Below are positions 10,663-22,704 of a stretch of DNA of 64,000 bases, piece by piece. The notes beneath the pieces are model-generated. The model was not told the origin of the DNA. It did not search any database and saw nothing but the letters and a program-made list of their open reading frames with translations. The translations under genes and the position numbers were made by a program. Origin of the DNA: Epithemia pelagica (taxonomy: Eukaryota; Protista; Bacillariophyta); assembly GCA_946965045.2 (NCBI GenBank), contig OX337229.1:186001-250000 (forward strand). Direction: 5' to 3'. Position 1 is the first letter of the stretch, and each line of letters starts with the position of its first letter.

Positions 10663-13600
10663 TTATGATTCCGAGTCCTTTGTCCGAGATGGGACTGTGT
10701 CATCCAATCCAAAGCTTTCCCTCGACGAGGATCCACCTACCGAAAACAGCGGCGAACTTCCGCTGTATGGAAGAGAGTTGTCGCTTGTCAGTGGACTCTC
10801 ACTACAACTGTTCGAGGCTGAACTGTCCAAATTGGATTCCAACAACAGATTCCAGTCGAGGTCTTGTAAGGTCTCAAAGTGAGATGCTGAGTATCGTGTT
10901 CGCCCCTTCACGGCAAAGACGCATCCTTGATTGTCGCTTTTGGTGCCACTGTGTAACAAGGAAAGTTCATGCGCAAACAAAGTTTCATGCTGTTGAGCCA
11001 ATTGGTAAGCCTTTCCTTCCGCACCCCAATCGCAGTACAAGGACAAGGCTTCGCGGATATAGTAGTCGGCCCACTCATTGTCTTTGACATGTCGAAAGTA
11101 CTGCGCAGCTTGTTCGCACATGATTGCTGCATAATGCAAAATCCCCATTTTACAGCATATGCGGATGGCGTTTTCGTATCGTTCCTTGCTCGGATCCTCG
11201 ACGGCCGCCAGCATGAGATACATGGGAAGCGCATTGATACTGCCCTTCTTGACATGTTCCTTGTATGTTTTCATAATCTTCTTCCCCATGGAACGCAGGG
11301 TCTTGCTCTGTGAATTGTGTTGATTGGAACAACAAAAGGCTGCCAATGCCACCAAGAGGCGTCTCATCTCGGCTCGTACCAACAAAAAGTCTTTGTACAA
11401 GAATGGCTCCAACACCCCCACAATCATCTCGGCCATTTTCCAATCGCCATAGATAATCGCTAACAGCAAACGGAACGTGTATATATCTCGTTTTGTCATG
11501 GCATAGGCACTCTCCGTAAACGATTTCAGCAGTTCGTCTTCGTCCATTGCACTTCCTTTCAAGACTGCAGGATTTCGGTTTTCCCCCTGTTGTTGTCTGG
11601 TCGAGCGGTGTTGGAGATTCAAAATAAACTGTTCCTTGATTTTGAGTGCGGCCAAAATGGTTTTGGGCAGATTGCATTGGACCACTTCGGTTTTGTATTC
11701 TCGTAAATCCGCTCGCAACGGAGCGAGCGGCAATCCACACACGATATACGTGACGGTATATCCCAAAATCGCTACACCCGCCTTGTCGGTCATGCCGGTG
11801 CGCAAGCCCAAATGATGCCCTTGAAGCCAAAAGTCGAGGCACTTGGTATATGCTTTGGTGGAAGAAAAGAGACTGGCCGTGGCAATACAAACGACAAGGG
11901 CGTGAATCGATCCAACCGTGGGTGGAAAGCGTTCCAATAACTCGATTCCCATTTCACCATACTCATTGGCTTCCTTGTACAATCCTTGTTCTCGATAGGA
12001 ACTCGCCAAGCATACAATGGCCAATGCAGTTTCTTCCGAAACTCCCTTTTCCACCGACAGTTTGAGAGCCCGTACCGCTGCGTACCACCCAAGATTGCTG
12101 CCATCTTTGGTTGCCATGAGCGCAAAGAAAGAGAGATTGGTCACCAGGATGTGCATGGTTTGCAGGCATTTGTAATCTGTCATGAAGGGTAGTTGGAGTA
12201 GACCCTCCAGGGAACCACCGGGAAGCTGTCGCCGCAACCGGCGGGTTTCCATGAGTAACTGCCCGGGAAAGAGCTTGCTCGGAATGTTCACACCGTAGCC
12301 ACCTCGGAGTATTTCACTCGCGACTTCGACACCTCGAGGATAGTTCCGATCTTGACCCGAAGTAATGTATCGCAACCGTACCACTTGAACATGGAATTTG
12401 TCATGAAACGATCGTGCATTGGATTCCACTTGCTCGACTGCTTCCATGGCCGCTTCCCGTTTGCCAATTTGAATCGATACTTCGGCAACGGTACTGTAGA
12501 GTTGCAAACTCAACTCATAGTGTGTGGTCCACGAATCGTCTCTCGTGTTCTTCTTGTTGCTGTCCTCTCTCTCTTTGAATTGTTTCAAGTGATCCACCCC
12601 CGCTTGAAGGATTTCATGGGCCGGAAACAATGCGGATTTGGAAAGGGATATTTTGGCCGCTTCGAGACACAATGTGGCAACTTCCACTCGCAATTGTGGA
12701 TAGGATTCAATCTCGTGACGTGTTGTTCCTGGTTCGTCCGGATTGTCGACCACCATTGCCGCGAATCCACGGTTCATTTGATCGGCCGCCAAAAAGACCA
12801 TCCATTCGACTTCCCGCTGAATGGCCGAACGAGTACGATGACCTCCAACCGCTGACATGGTAGGAACCGCAGCGCGTTGCGGATCCGGTTTGCAAAAGAC
12901 GCAACTGAGTTTGGCCAACAATCGACCGAGTTGAAAGTGCAATTTGGGTCGATGGTTGGTGGGAATGAGGGAATACGCAACGGCATGCAAATGTTCATGG
13001 GCCCACATATATGTTTCTTGTCCCTCGGGACGCGTGAGCACCCCGCCTTGGACAGCCACATTCAAATACTCCTCCAAGACTGGAGCAGACACAACTTCTT
13101 GGACCAAACTTTGCAATGGCGAGGACGACATGGACGAAGACGCGTCAGACAAGTCTTTTGCTTGCCACGACCACCACCATTCTTCGTTCCGGCAATCTCC
13201 TCTCTCATTGCTAGCCGTTTGAATATGAATGGCCTGAATCCATTCGACCAGAACGGGAACGACAATGAGTTTGCCCAAACAGGCCGCCACCATGAGAATG
13301 GTGCGTGTTGGAGCGGACGGAATCCATTTGAACCGAGCATGGGCCACTTGCTGGGCCACATGATGATCCGAACCCAACCAATCCGAGAGTGAATCCAAAA
13401 GCATATCGTGATTGTGGTTGTTCTTGTTTTCACTACTGGTACGGTCTTGGGAGGACGACGACAAGCCTTTGGCTTCCTGTTGCAACCAGTCCAGCAATTG
13501 ATGAACACTCCACGGATTGCCGGCCGTATTTTGATAAATGAGATGAGCCAAGGCTCGAATATCTTCCGATCCAGTGTTCCTGTGGTCAGTGTTGACCACT

Positions 13601-15293
13601 TGGGACACTAAGTGTGTCACATCCGTCAAGGTGAAATTGTTCAGTTCCAATTCATGGAGGATTGGCCCGCTTGCTGGTTCTGTAGGATCCGGTACAATGG
13701 TCGGAGGATGAGGAGATGTGGTATTGTTGTTGTTGCTATTTGTCGTGGTGGTGATTTCCTGTCGAATGGACTGGATCATGGTGTAAAAGGGATGGTGTTC
13801 TCGCTCTTGGTGTTGCGCGTCGGAGCGTGATGATGATGCTGCTGCTGGTGCAATCTCGTCTGGACAATAGGACAAGATCAACACCATGGAACTACAACTA
13901 CCATCGTCAGGCGATTCGACTTGTTGCTGCGAATCATTGGTGTCGTTGTTGTTAGTGCTCCTCCTGTCCTCTGCAGTAGCATTCGAATCATCACGATGAT
14001 CCATCCAAATGACGTGTTTCGCCAAGGCTTGAATGACTTGCAAACTCGCGGCATCGGCTTGATGGACATTGTCCCAATACAAAATCACGGGTTGATTTTG
14101 TTGCGTTCGGTGACAGAGGGTACAGAGCAATCGTACCAGGGCGGCTTGCACACATTGGACGGTTCCGGAATCTTGCGGTTGACGCCAATACGAATGGTTG
14201 CTCTGTCGCAAGGACTGCAGGACGGAGACGGCTCTTCTCGTCGTATGAGTCGTAGGAGTGGTTGGGGGAAATGAAAAAGAATCTGTTTCGAGAGGTGGGT
14301 GGAAATTTGTCGTATCCTCGTCGTTGGATCCCTTCTGTTGGTCGTTGTCGTCGGTTTCCAGTCGGGTGGGTGGTGGGAACGAGTCCCTACTAGTAGTCTT
14401 GGCCGATTGGCTGTAGACCTTCTCCTCCTCATCCTCCTCTTCTTTCTCCATTGGAGGAGTACGTGATGAATGGATGTGAGGAAGAGGATTGGGAGGAGCT
14501 GCTTTCTGAGTGTTGTTGTCGGTAGGTGCCTGCGAATCATTTGGATGCTGCTGCCACCGATTTCGCCGTCGTTGCCGTCGTTCGTGTCGTCGTTGTATGC
14601 GTTGTTGGTTCCACAAGCGAGAATGTCCATGACTAGTAGTACTATTCGTACTAGTATTGCTCCGTTCCGACGATTCGGCCGACCCCGTACTGTCATCGCG
14701 TGGATTGTGAGTGCCAGTCAACATCACGTTCGCATTGGACAACGCAGATGAGTCCTGCTGACCTCGGATCAACTCCAATACAGCTGTATGAAGATCATCA
14801 TAGAGATTGGTGGAGTAACGTGGCTCCAAACATTCAATCTTGTCGTTTGCAATAATTTTGTTTATTTCCGTCATTTTCGTAAGCGGGAGAAGAACACGTG
14901 CCTTCTGTGTCTTCTCGGAGAAAGCAACAATGGCCAAGGAATCACTTTCGGAGAGAATTCCAACGATCGTACGGGAGGCATGTTTGACCACGTCAAGCTA
15001 TGTGAGATAAGACATGCCAAAAGAGACGCAAAATGCTGTTAGTGAAGTTGAAAGAAAGAATGGAAAGTAAAAATGGTGGCACCTACCTGTGAAAGTCCAG
15101 ACGCGCCATCGCTGTCATCATGATGAACGGCAGCACTCCCCATAGATCCACTTTCATCCAAGACAAGGACAAACGCACTGGGGACATGTTCTGATGTGAG
15201 GTCATCGCTCGTTTCGATACGAACGAGAACTTCTTTGCCTCCATCCCATAAATGGTTGTGCGGTTGGATAATGGCTTCCCAGGAATTGATCAT
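10663..15293 (-). CDS. Partial vWA domain fused in frame to a COG3899/AAA_16-like STAND ATPase with helical C-terminal region; no Walker A
   Basis: Exon 15087-15293 has VLVLDESGSMG (MIDAS). A GTAGGT...TAG intron at 14998-15086 joins in phase 0 to LDVVKHASRTIV. Downstream are PVILYWDNVHQAD, TAGNP, YMWAHEHLHAVAYSL. The protein is clearly paralogous to 36607-40068. Confidence 0.7.
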
Positions 15294-15967
15294 GATTTGT
15301 TGTTTGACTTTTTATGATGATCCGAAGATCATTCGAGTTGTGGACCATGACTTGTCCAATAGCTACCCCTCGCAAAAGCGTGGGTCCGTCGATCGTCAAT
15401 CCCGGTCGATGTTCTTCTCCCGCCAGAATTCTCTTTGGCCACCACAGATACAGAGAGAATTCTTCAAGGGTTGCCGCAACGAAGTGCCAGTACTTTCGGT
15501 CCGATACTCTCAAAATTCTTGGCTCTCGAACGCGGTACCCAAAACGAACACTTCTTGTGCATCGATGGGGGATGACCCCGGTATAGGATGTAAAGTAGTG
15601 GGGAGTATGAGAAACGCTCGAGTGTTTTCGCTGAATCAGGGACATGTCCAGTGGGCACTCCTTCACTCCCACATCACCCTTTATAAAAAACAACACAGAG
15701 CGATAACCAACCAGCGCCATCTTTTGTGAACGCCTGCTGCGGAGAGTGTCTTTCTTCCATCCCGTATCCCGTTGCTTGCTCCATATTATTCTCTAACCTC
15801 GGATTATTATTCTGATTGCTTCCTCTCCTCCTGTCAGTGACGGTGTCGGTGTGTGAATTGATCACCTTCTGCTGTCGTCCTTTTTGTTTTGGGAGTTGGG
15901 AGACCCGCCGTTGTCTCGAGAATCGGAATTTCTCTCCCCACACCAGAAAACCATACGGCTTGTCAAG

Positions 15968-18356
15968 ATGATGATGGTTGGTGGTAGCCGTTGTCGTTGG
16001 ATGGGCGGCTTGTTCGTCCTATGGACCGTATGGTCCGTGGGTACTGCACTCGAAGCACCCGATCAACACACTACACAAACGAATGGTAGGTTCTCGTTGG
16101 GTGATTTTCGTTTGTTTGGATGGATGGGACCATGGTGGTGGTGGTGGTGTTACGACTACTTGAGCGGAGTGTATCGTTCGGAACTCGATGGAAGACGAAT
16201 CTCGAGCCCGGTTGGGATTCACCACGTCATTCTCGAGTGCAACCGATTCGAGTGTGGAGTTGTCGTGATGATTGCTTTCCAATCACCTTGTGTGAAGTGG
16301 CTCTGATGGTTGTCACGGAATTGTCGTTTTGCTCACGGAAAAAGAATCATCTCACACTCGTTTGTGTTTGTATCCTTTTTCGGTTTTGTATTGTTATTTC
16401 GAAATCAAACCGTGCAGTCGAGGACTCTACCACTCCACGCAAGGAGCATGTACGTCGCGGACGTCGTTTGGATGATTATCTCGACCATGAACGTCCGCAT
16501 ATTCGAACCTACGATCATACCCAAATACGAACCAAACAAGGCAATTCGGCGTCTTCGGCCATGGAGGCCGAAAAAGCCTTTCCGGAACAAGCTGATACGC
16601 AATTGCAAGGAGAAGTCATGGGCAACATGCCCATTCCTACCACCAGTGGAGGTGACACCAAGAATGCCAATTCCATGAATATGATGACGCCTTTGAACGA
16701 GGACCATAAAATGGGTAATTCGATGATGATGGAAGACAACAAGATGGGTAACTCCATGATGAACGAGGACCATAAAATGGGTAATTCGATGATGATGGAA
16801 GACAACAAGATGGGTAACAACATGATGATGGAAGACCACAAGATGGGTAACAACATGATGAACGAGGACCATAAAATGGGTCATTCGATGATGATGGAAG
16901 ACAACAAGATGGGTAACAACATGATGATGAATGAAGAAGGCAAAATGGGCAACGGTATGCATGATGAGCCATTTCCCGAAGACGGCAAGCATGGAAATTC
17001 GATGATGATGTCAGGAGAAGATAAAATGGGTAACTCAATGATGATGGAAGACCACAAGATGGGTAACCATATGGTGATGTCCGAAGAAGGCAAAATGGGC
17101 AACAGCATGATGAATGACGATTCCATTAATATGGGTAACAACATGATGAACGGTGATTATCACGATGACACTCATATGAAGACAGCCAATTCCATGATGA
17201 ATGGAGATTATCGTGATGAAACTCATATGAAAACTGCCAATTCCATGATGAATGGAGATTATCATGATGAAACTCATATGAAAACTGCCAATTCCATGAT
17301 GAATGGAGATTATCACGATGACACTCATATGAAAACTGCCAATTCCATGAGGAATGGAGATTATCACGATGACACTCATATGAAAACTGCCAATTCCATG
17401 ATGATGGACTCGAACCACAACGAAATGAAGGAAGGGAACTATGTGGGCACTCCCTGGAACGGCAATGCCAAGACAACGACTACCACGGGTGCTCGCACGG
17501 GTGCAACATCTGCATCCTCCTCTCGTGGTGGATGGCAAATGACAGCTGTGAACGATGGAAACTATCTGGGAGGTTCCAATTACATGGCCATTGCCGACAC
17601 ATCCAACGGACGAATGCCCTTTGGCATTGAAGAGAACGCACCGGACTATAGTATGTTTGTGGATGCCGAAGGACATGTTGGTTTGGGAACCAGTTATCCC
17701 TCAGCCTCCCTTCATATTGTTGGAACGTCTCCTGCCATTAAACTTGAAACCGAAGACATTTATGACGAAACTTCGTGGGATGTCATGGGTAAGTACACGA
17801 ACGAGTTGCAGAATAGGCGAATGAACCTTACTGACAGACACAAATCGTACTCATCTGCTTCTGCTTTGCCTTTTCAGCCACATCGCGCGGTTTGTTTTTC
17901 CACGAGACACACAATGGCCAACAAAGGCTTCCCTTGATCATTCGTCCTGGAGCCCAAACCATGTCCATGGTTCTAAACGAAGAGGGTAATGTTGGTGTGG
18001 GAACGGATTCACCCGACGCGAAACTTCATGTCAAGGGTAACACAATTGTGGAAGGAACCCTCAAGGTTGGCCGACAAGGTTCCCAATGTCAATTCGATAC
18101 CCAACGATGCCAATTTGTGCGCGTCAGTGGTCGTCGAACGTTGGAAAAAGAAGACGAAGATTATTCGTGGGATGAACAACGTGTCCAAGCACTGGAGCGG
18201 GAGACGAAAGAAACCAAGCAAGCCATGGATAAGTTGACGGCACAATTGGCGGAACTACAAGCCACGGCCACTGCCAAGGAAGATATGCTTATGGAGCGCA
18301 TTCAAGCCTTGGAAGATTTGGTGACCAAGCTGATGGCTACCACGAAAGATGAATAA
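15968..18356 (+). CDS. Secreted Met/Asn/His/Asp-repeat protein with C-terminal GNVGVGT (tail-fibre-like) repeats and a coiled coil; 3 exons (15968-16085, 16418-17788, 17878-18356)
   Basis: Signal-peptide-like exon 1. Introns 16086-16417 (GTAGGT..CAG) and 17789-17877 (GTAAGT..CAG) both join in phase 1 and link the three track ORFs. Motifs GHVGLGTSYPSASLHIVG and GNVGVGTDSPDAKLHVKG. Confidence 0.85.
16696..17410 (+). repeat. Coding minisatellites: ~33-bp units (MM[M/N]ED[N/H]KMGN[S/N]) followed by five ~51-bp units (MMNGDYHDDTHMKTANS)
   Basis: Repeats are read directly from the sequence and translation. The 51-bp array spans ~17143-17405. Confidence 0.95.
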
Positions 18357-19075
18357 ATAAAATGGACGTTGAGTGGAGAGTGACAGCACTGTTGCATTGT
18401 TCACAGCCACTCGGACTCTACTATTCTGTGGAGTTTGGGACACTTGTAACCGCGATTTGATAATGTTTTGAGTTACATATTTTCATTGAGAGAGACTGCA
18501 CAATCTATCCGACAACCAAAAGACGAAAACCGGAACATGCGCACAATCATGTTTCAGAATATTACTCCAAATGGAATGAAAATGGCCACTGGAGCCGTCG
18601 TTTAAATCTAAAAAGAGTATACGTTTACGCGCTGTCGTATCTTGTCTACTCAAGAGTTCAAGGCTGGAATCGATTGGAGATCGTAGTCTGGATTGTAGTT
18701 CTTCTCTCGAAGCTTTCCCCGGCATCCATACTCATCATACTCATGATTCATCGATGCTTTCCAAAGATATGCGCTACTCACCCGCGACCCCCGCCTTGGC
18801 AGGTGCGGTTGCGCCGCTTTTCATCTGGTGACTTTTGGGATGAGACCATGCGACAGACTTGTGTGTAGATTCTAAAGAGAAACAAGAAACCAGTCATCTC
18901 AAGAGAGACGCACAAGGTAGAATACACGTTGTATCTCTTCTCGGGACAAGATTTTGGGAATTCCTTAAAATTGCTATCGTTCGACTGGATCGAATCTGTG
19001 GCAGCAGCTTTCGTTTCTGGTAAATCCCTTTTTTCAGGCAAGACAGGATAGCAACCAACCGCTTGTCGTAGCAGT

Positions 19076-19719
19076 ATGAATTCGAACGTTCGTCCTCTGT
19101 CAGAAGACGAGGAGGAGGAAGAGGAGGATGACGATGCCATTGTGTATCGGTATCATCCGAATGATCCCTTTGGGCAATTTCCTCCTCCCTTTGGCATACT
19201 CCCTGGCAGCAGTCACAACAATCGTCCGAATTACTCTTCTCTCATGGAAATGGTGTGGGACAATTTGGCCATGTCCTACATGGAACAACAAATGATGGAA
19301 GAACAACGGCGACAAGAATTGGCGGCCGAAGCCGAAGCGGAACGAGCGCGCATTCTCAAATGTCCCCTTTGTATGGTCCTGCATACGCCCGTCTTGGAGG
19401 AGGACAACGACGACGACGAACAAGACTCGGGGGCCCTCGTCCCTTGCCTCCGCTGCGCCTGACGGCATCGCAGGGGAGTACGTGGATCATGTCCCATCAA
19501 GCACGACCGGTCCACATTGCCATGTCGTGTCCCATTTGTTGGGAGGTTCCGACGAAACCACCCATGGTCTTGTTGTCCTGTGGCCATGTCTTGTGTCGAC
19601 AAGATTTTTGTCACATGGGTGGTCAAGTACAGGAATTGCCCGAACCGCATGGTGTGCCACCACGACAACGACAAGAACAAGAACAACAACCATCTGCTCC
19701 GAATCAGGAGGACGCGTAG
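19076..19719 (+). CDS. Zinc-finger/RING-like protein with an apparent 1-bp frameshift at ~19457
   Basis: CPLC..CLRC is in one frame and CPICWEVPTKPPMVLLSCGHVLCRQD in another. Adding one C at gcc|tga gives the continuous reading CLRCALTASQGSTW. Confidence 0.6.
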
Positions 19720-20865
19720 CCTGTCTGAGAAGCAACAAGACAAGGGCGAAACGCGCAATGGGCCAAACCATTGTTGTCATGAATTGACCGTCACCCATTC
19801 ATGGAACGAAGCAGGCGTATCTATCCTCGAATCCATAAACTTTTTTTTGAAAATCACAAGCACCAGCACCACTGCATCCACACTGCGAAGAATGACGAGT
19901 CATTTGATCCATGGACCACAACCCGGTGACTTTTTCACGAGAAGCAAAGCTAATGACAAACACTTTCCATGGCCTTTGTTTCATGCTCTTTGAACAAACT
20001 CAACGATCCGACAAGACACAATGAGGCCCCGGCCAAATCGAAAAAGCAGAATCTGCCAATGTAGAATCCGGCTCATTTCCGTATTCTCGATTCGTCGAAT
20101 CGGGAGTCATGGCTTTCCGCCTTTTTTGTTTGTGCTGCAACCGTGTTCCACAAAATGCAGCATGTCATTGTTTGTAGCGTGGGTCATGAGAACTACCCAT
20201 ATCCACTGTCGCCATGGACCAAACTGCCACGACGTACGAACAATAACATGTTGAATTTGTAGTGTGTGTGTTGGGGAAAAATAAGACTCCCAACAAACAC
20301 ACCACACTGTATTGGATTGTATCATTCTACTTGTTGCAGACTAGGTATAGAATAGTAATAGGCCTTGCCATGGACGACATTATATTTCTCGAGAGCCGTC
20401 TTTTTGCTGGTTAGAACGCCATTGTGCAGGGTCCAATACACTACTACTCCTTAAGAGAGCTTTTTATTGGTCAAGATTGTCTACATGGATCATCGACAAC
20501 ATGCCCATTTTGTTGTGGGGAGGGCCAATCAAGCTAATCTATTATGTGACTGTGATGTGAACACATAGATAGTGAACTCCCCTTGCGTGAAATCGCGCGG
20601 GGCGACTCCTCTTGAGGTGCGAAGATGACGTACGTCGACACAAACTGGCATCTGCGATCTCCTCTGCTCTTCTGTGGAATCTCTTGCGCGCAAAGAAAAA
20701 GATCCGTGTCGTCGTCTCTCTGCGTAATGCAGCTGACTCATTCCCCCTTCTCTTCTTCTGTGTGTGAGTGAGTAAGTGAGTGTGGGTCAGTCTGAGACCA
20801 GATGCGGATATTTCTTCTTTCAATAACATCATTATTAGATTCGAAATTTACCGTTCTTTTGGACC

Positions 20866-22185
20866 ATGATGAAATTGACCGGCCCAGTCTTGCTCCTTGT
20901 GGCCGCAGTGGCTCCCAATGCCTGGGTGCAATCGTGGACGCCCTCGTCGTCGTCGTCGTCAAGAGTCGCACGTTCGCAACGAACTGCCTTGGCGTCGTGT
21001 CGTCGCAATTTCGTTCAAACAGTCGCCACGACGACCGTCGTGGGTGTCACGGCCGTTACAGTGGCGGCAGCTGCCGGAGTGGCACTTCCGGCTGCGGCAG
21101 CAGTTGCCGTGGCATCGTCGGCTCCCACGTATACGTCGACGACGACGGCCATGGACTTGGTCCAACCCCAATCGTTGGTGGGACAAGTGGTGGTGATTAC
21201 TGGTGCCTCCACCGGATTGGGATTGGAATCGGCCAAGGCCTTGGCGCAGGGTGGTGCCACCGTCGTCCTCACGGCCCGGACGCCAGCCAAGGGCGACAAG
21301 GCCTTGCTCCAAGTCCAAGACTACTTGCAGCAACAAGGCATTGTCAACAATGAGGTGTACGTCGTGCAATTGGATTTGGATCAACTCGACAATGTCAAGA
21401 CCTTTCCTGATCGATTGCAAAAGACACTCTCCAAAAACGGCGACAAGCCCTTGGTGATTGACACGCTCATGAACAATGCCGGGGTCATGGCCATTCCGGA
21501 TCGTCAACTCACGAGCGATGGCTACGAACGCACCTTTCAATCCAATCATTTGGGACACTTTGTCTTGACGGCCCAATTGGCCCCCTACCTCCAGAAACAG
21601 GCCAAGGTGATTAACGTGTCGTCCATGGCGTACAACTTTGCCGGTGGTGAATTGAAATTGGACAATTTAAATGGCGAACAAGAGTACAGTGCCTGGGGCT
21701 CGTATGGACAATCCAAATTGGAAAATATTCTCTTTGCCCAAGAATTGCAACGCCGCGCCGATGCGGCCGGGCTCGACTGGACCGTCACCAGTTTGCATCC
21801 CGGTGGTGTCAATACCGATTTGGGCCGCAACATGATGGGCGGTGATGACGTGTGGTTTGCCAAGAAACAAGTGGGACCGCAAAATGTGTGGGAAAATCTC
21901 GTCAATACGGCCATTACCAAGGTGACCAAAACGCCCGCCCAAGGCGCCGCCACCCAAGTCTACTTGGCCACCACCACCACTTCCAGCACGACGCCCCAGG
22001 AATCTCAAAAGGGACAATTCTTTTCCGATTTAAAGGTCCAAAAATTACCCGCCTATGCCAAGGATGTCGACAAGGCCAAGGCCTTGTGGGAACGCAGTGA
22101 AGAATTGGGGGGAATCCAATTTCAAGTGCCATCGCCCACAACGACGACAAGCACTAGTAGCTCCACCACCACCACTACCGAGTAG
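20866..22185 (+). CDS. Classical short-chain dehydrogenase/reductase (retinol dehydrogenase/WWOX-like) with plastid-type presequence
   Basis: TGASTGLG cofactor motif, MNNAG, QSNHLGHF, INVSS, catalytic YGQSK and LHPG. N-terminal signal peptide plus Ser/Arg-rich transit region. Confidence 0.93.
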   Translation: MMKLTGPVLLLVAAVAPNAWVQSWTPSSSSSSRVARSQRTALASCRRNFVQTVATTTVVGVTAVTVAAAAGVALPAAAAVAVASSAPTYTSTTTAMDLVQPQSLVGQVVVITGASTGLGLESAKALAQGGATVVLTARTPAKGDKALLQVQDYLQQQGIVNNEVYVVQLDLDQLDNVKTFPDRLQKTLSKNGDKPLVIDTLMNNAGVMAIPDRQLTSDGYERTFQSNHLGHFVLTAQLAPYLQKQAKVINVSSMAYNFAGGELKLDNLNGEQEYSAWGSYGQSKLENILFAQELQRRADAAGLDWTVTSLHPGGVNTDLGRNMMGGDDVWFAKKQVGPQNVWENLVNTAITKVTKTPAQGAATQVYLATTTTSSTTPQESQKGQFFSDLKVQKLPAYAKDVDKAKALWERSEELGGIQFQVPSPTTTTSTSSSTTTTTE

Positions 22186-22704
22186 AGTTCATCCCAATTT
22201 AGAGAGAAACTGTTTATCCGTTTCACTACCTACTATGATCATACTTGTGTGCTTTGTACCTGGCGGTATGTTCTTTATCTCCTCGTTTTGTCGGTGGAGA
22301 AGGAATCAAAACCTTTTTTCTTGGTATTGGCGTTGGGAATCATATCTTTGTTACTTTGCTTGGCGTACTGTCGATGCGTTTTGATGTTCCTGGGTGGCCA
22401 CCAATCACAGCGACTCTGGTTCGGGAAATCCGTAATTGGACACACGTGTGTTTGGAAATCCCCACACCGAATCGTATATCGTGGTCTCACACGGGAGCGT
22501 GCGCTCTCACGGAATCGTTCCATGGTCTCGCCGCCACTACTCTCTCTCTATACAACTATCTCGTTTGGTGCCATGTGGTGGAAACAAAAACTAAGCGTCT
22601 ATAGTGTGTTTGTGTGTCCGGGATGGGACGATTTTCTACAAGTGCTTCGAATCCTGCTGCTACTGTGTAGTATATGGATTGCGTGTGACACGGGGACAGA
22701 ACGA

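Noticed and set aside
10410-11087. 225-aa plus-strand ORF
   Set aside because: It mostly overlaps the ATPase 3' end antisense. Its first part is better explained as the displaced 3' end of the 6570 gene in another frame.
16696-17410. Regular 33/51-bp repeats as a CRISPR array
   Set aside because: There are no unique spacers, the repeats are in-frame coding units of a spliced eukaryotic gene, and no cas genes are present.
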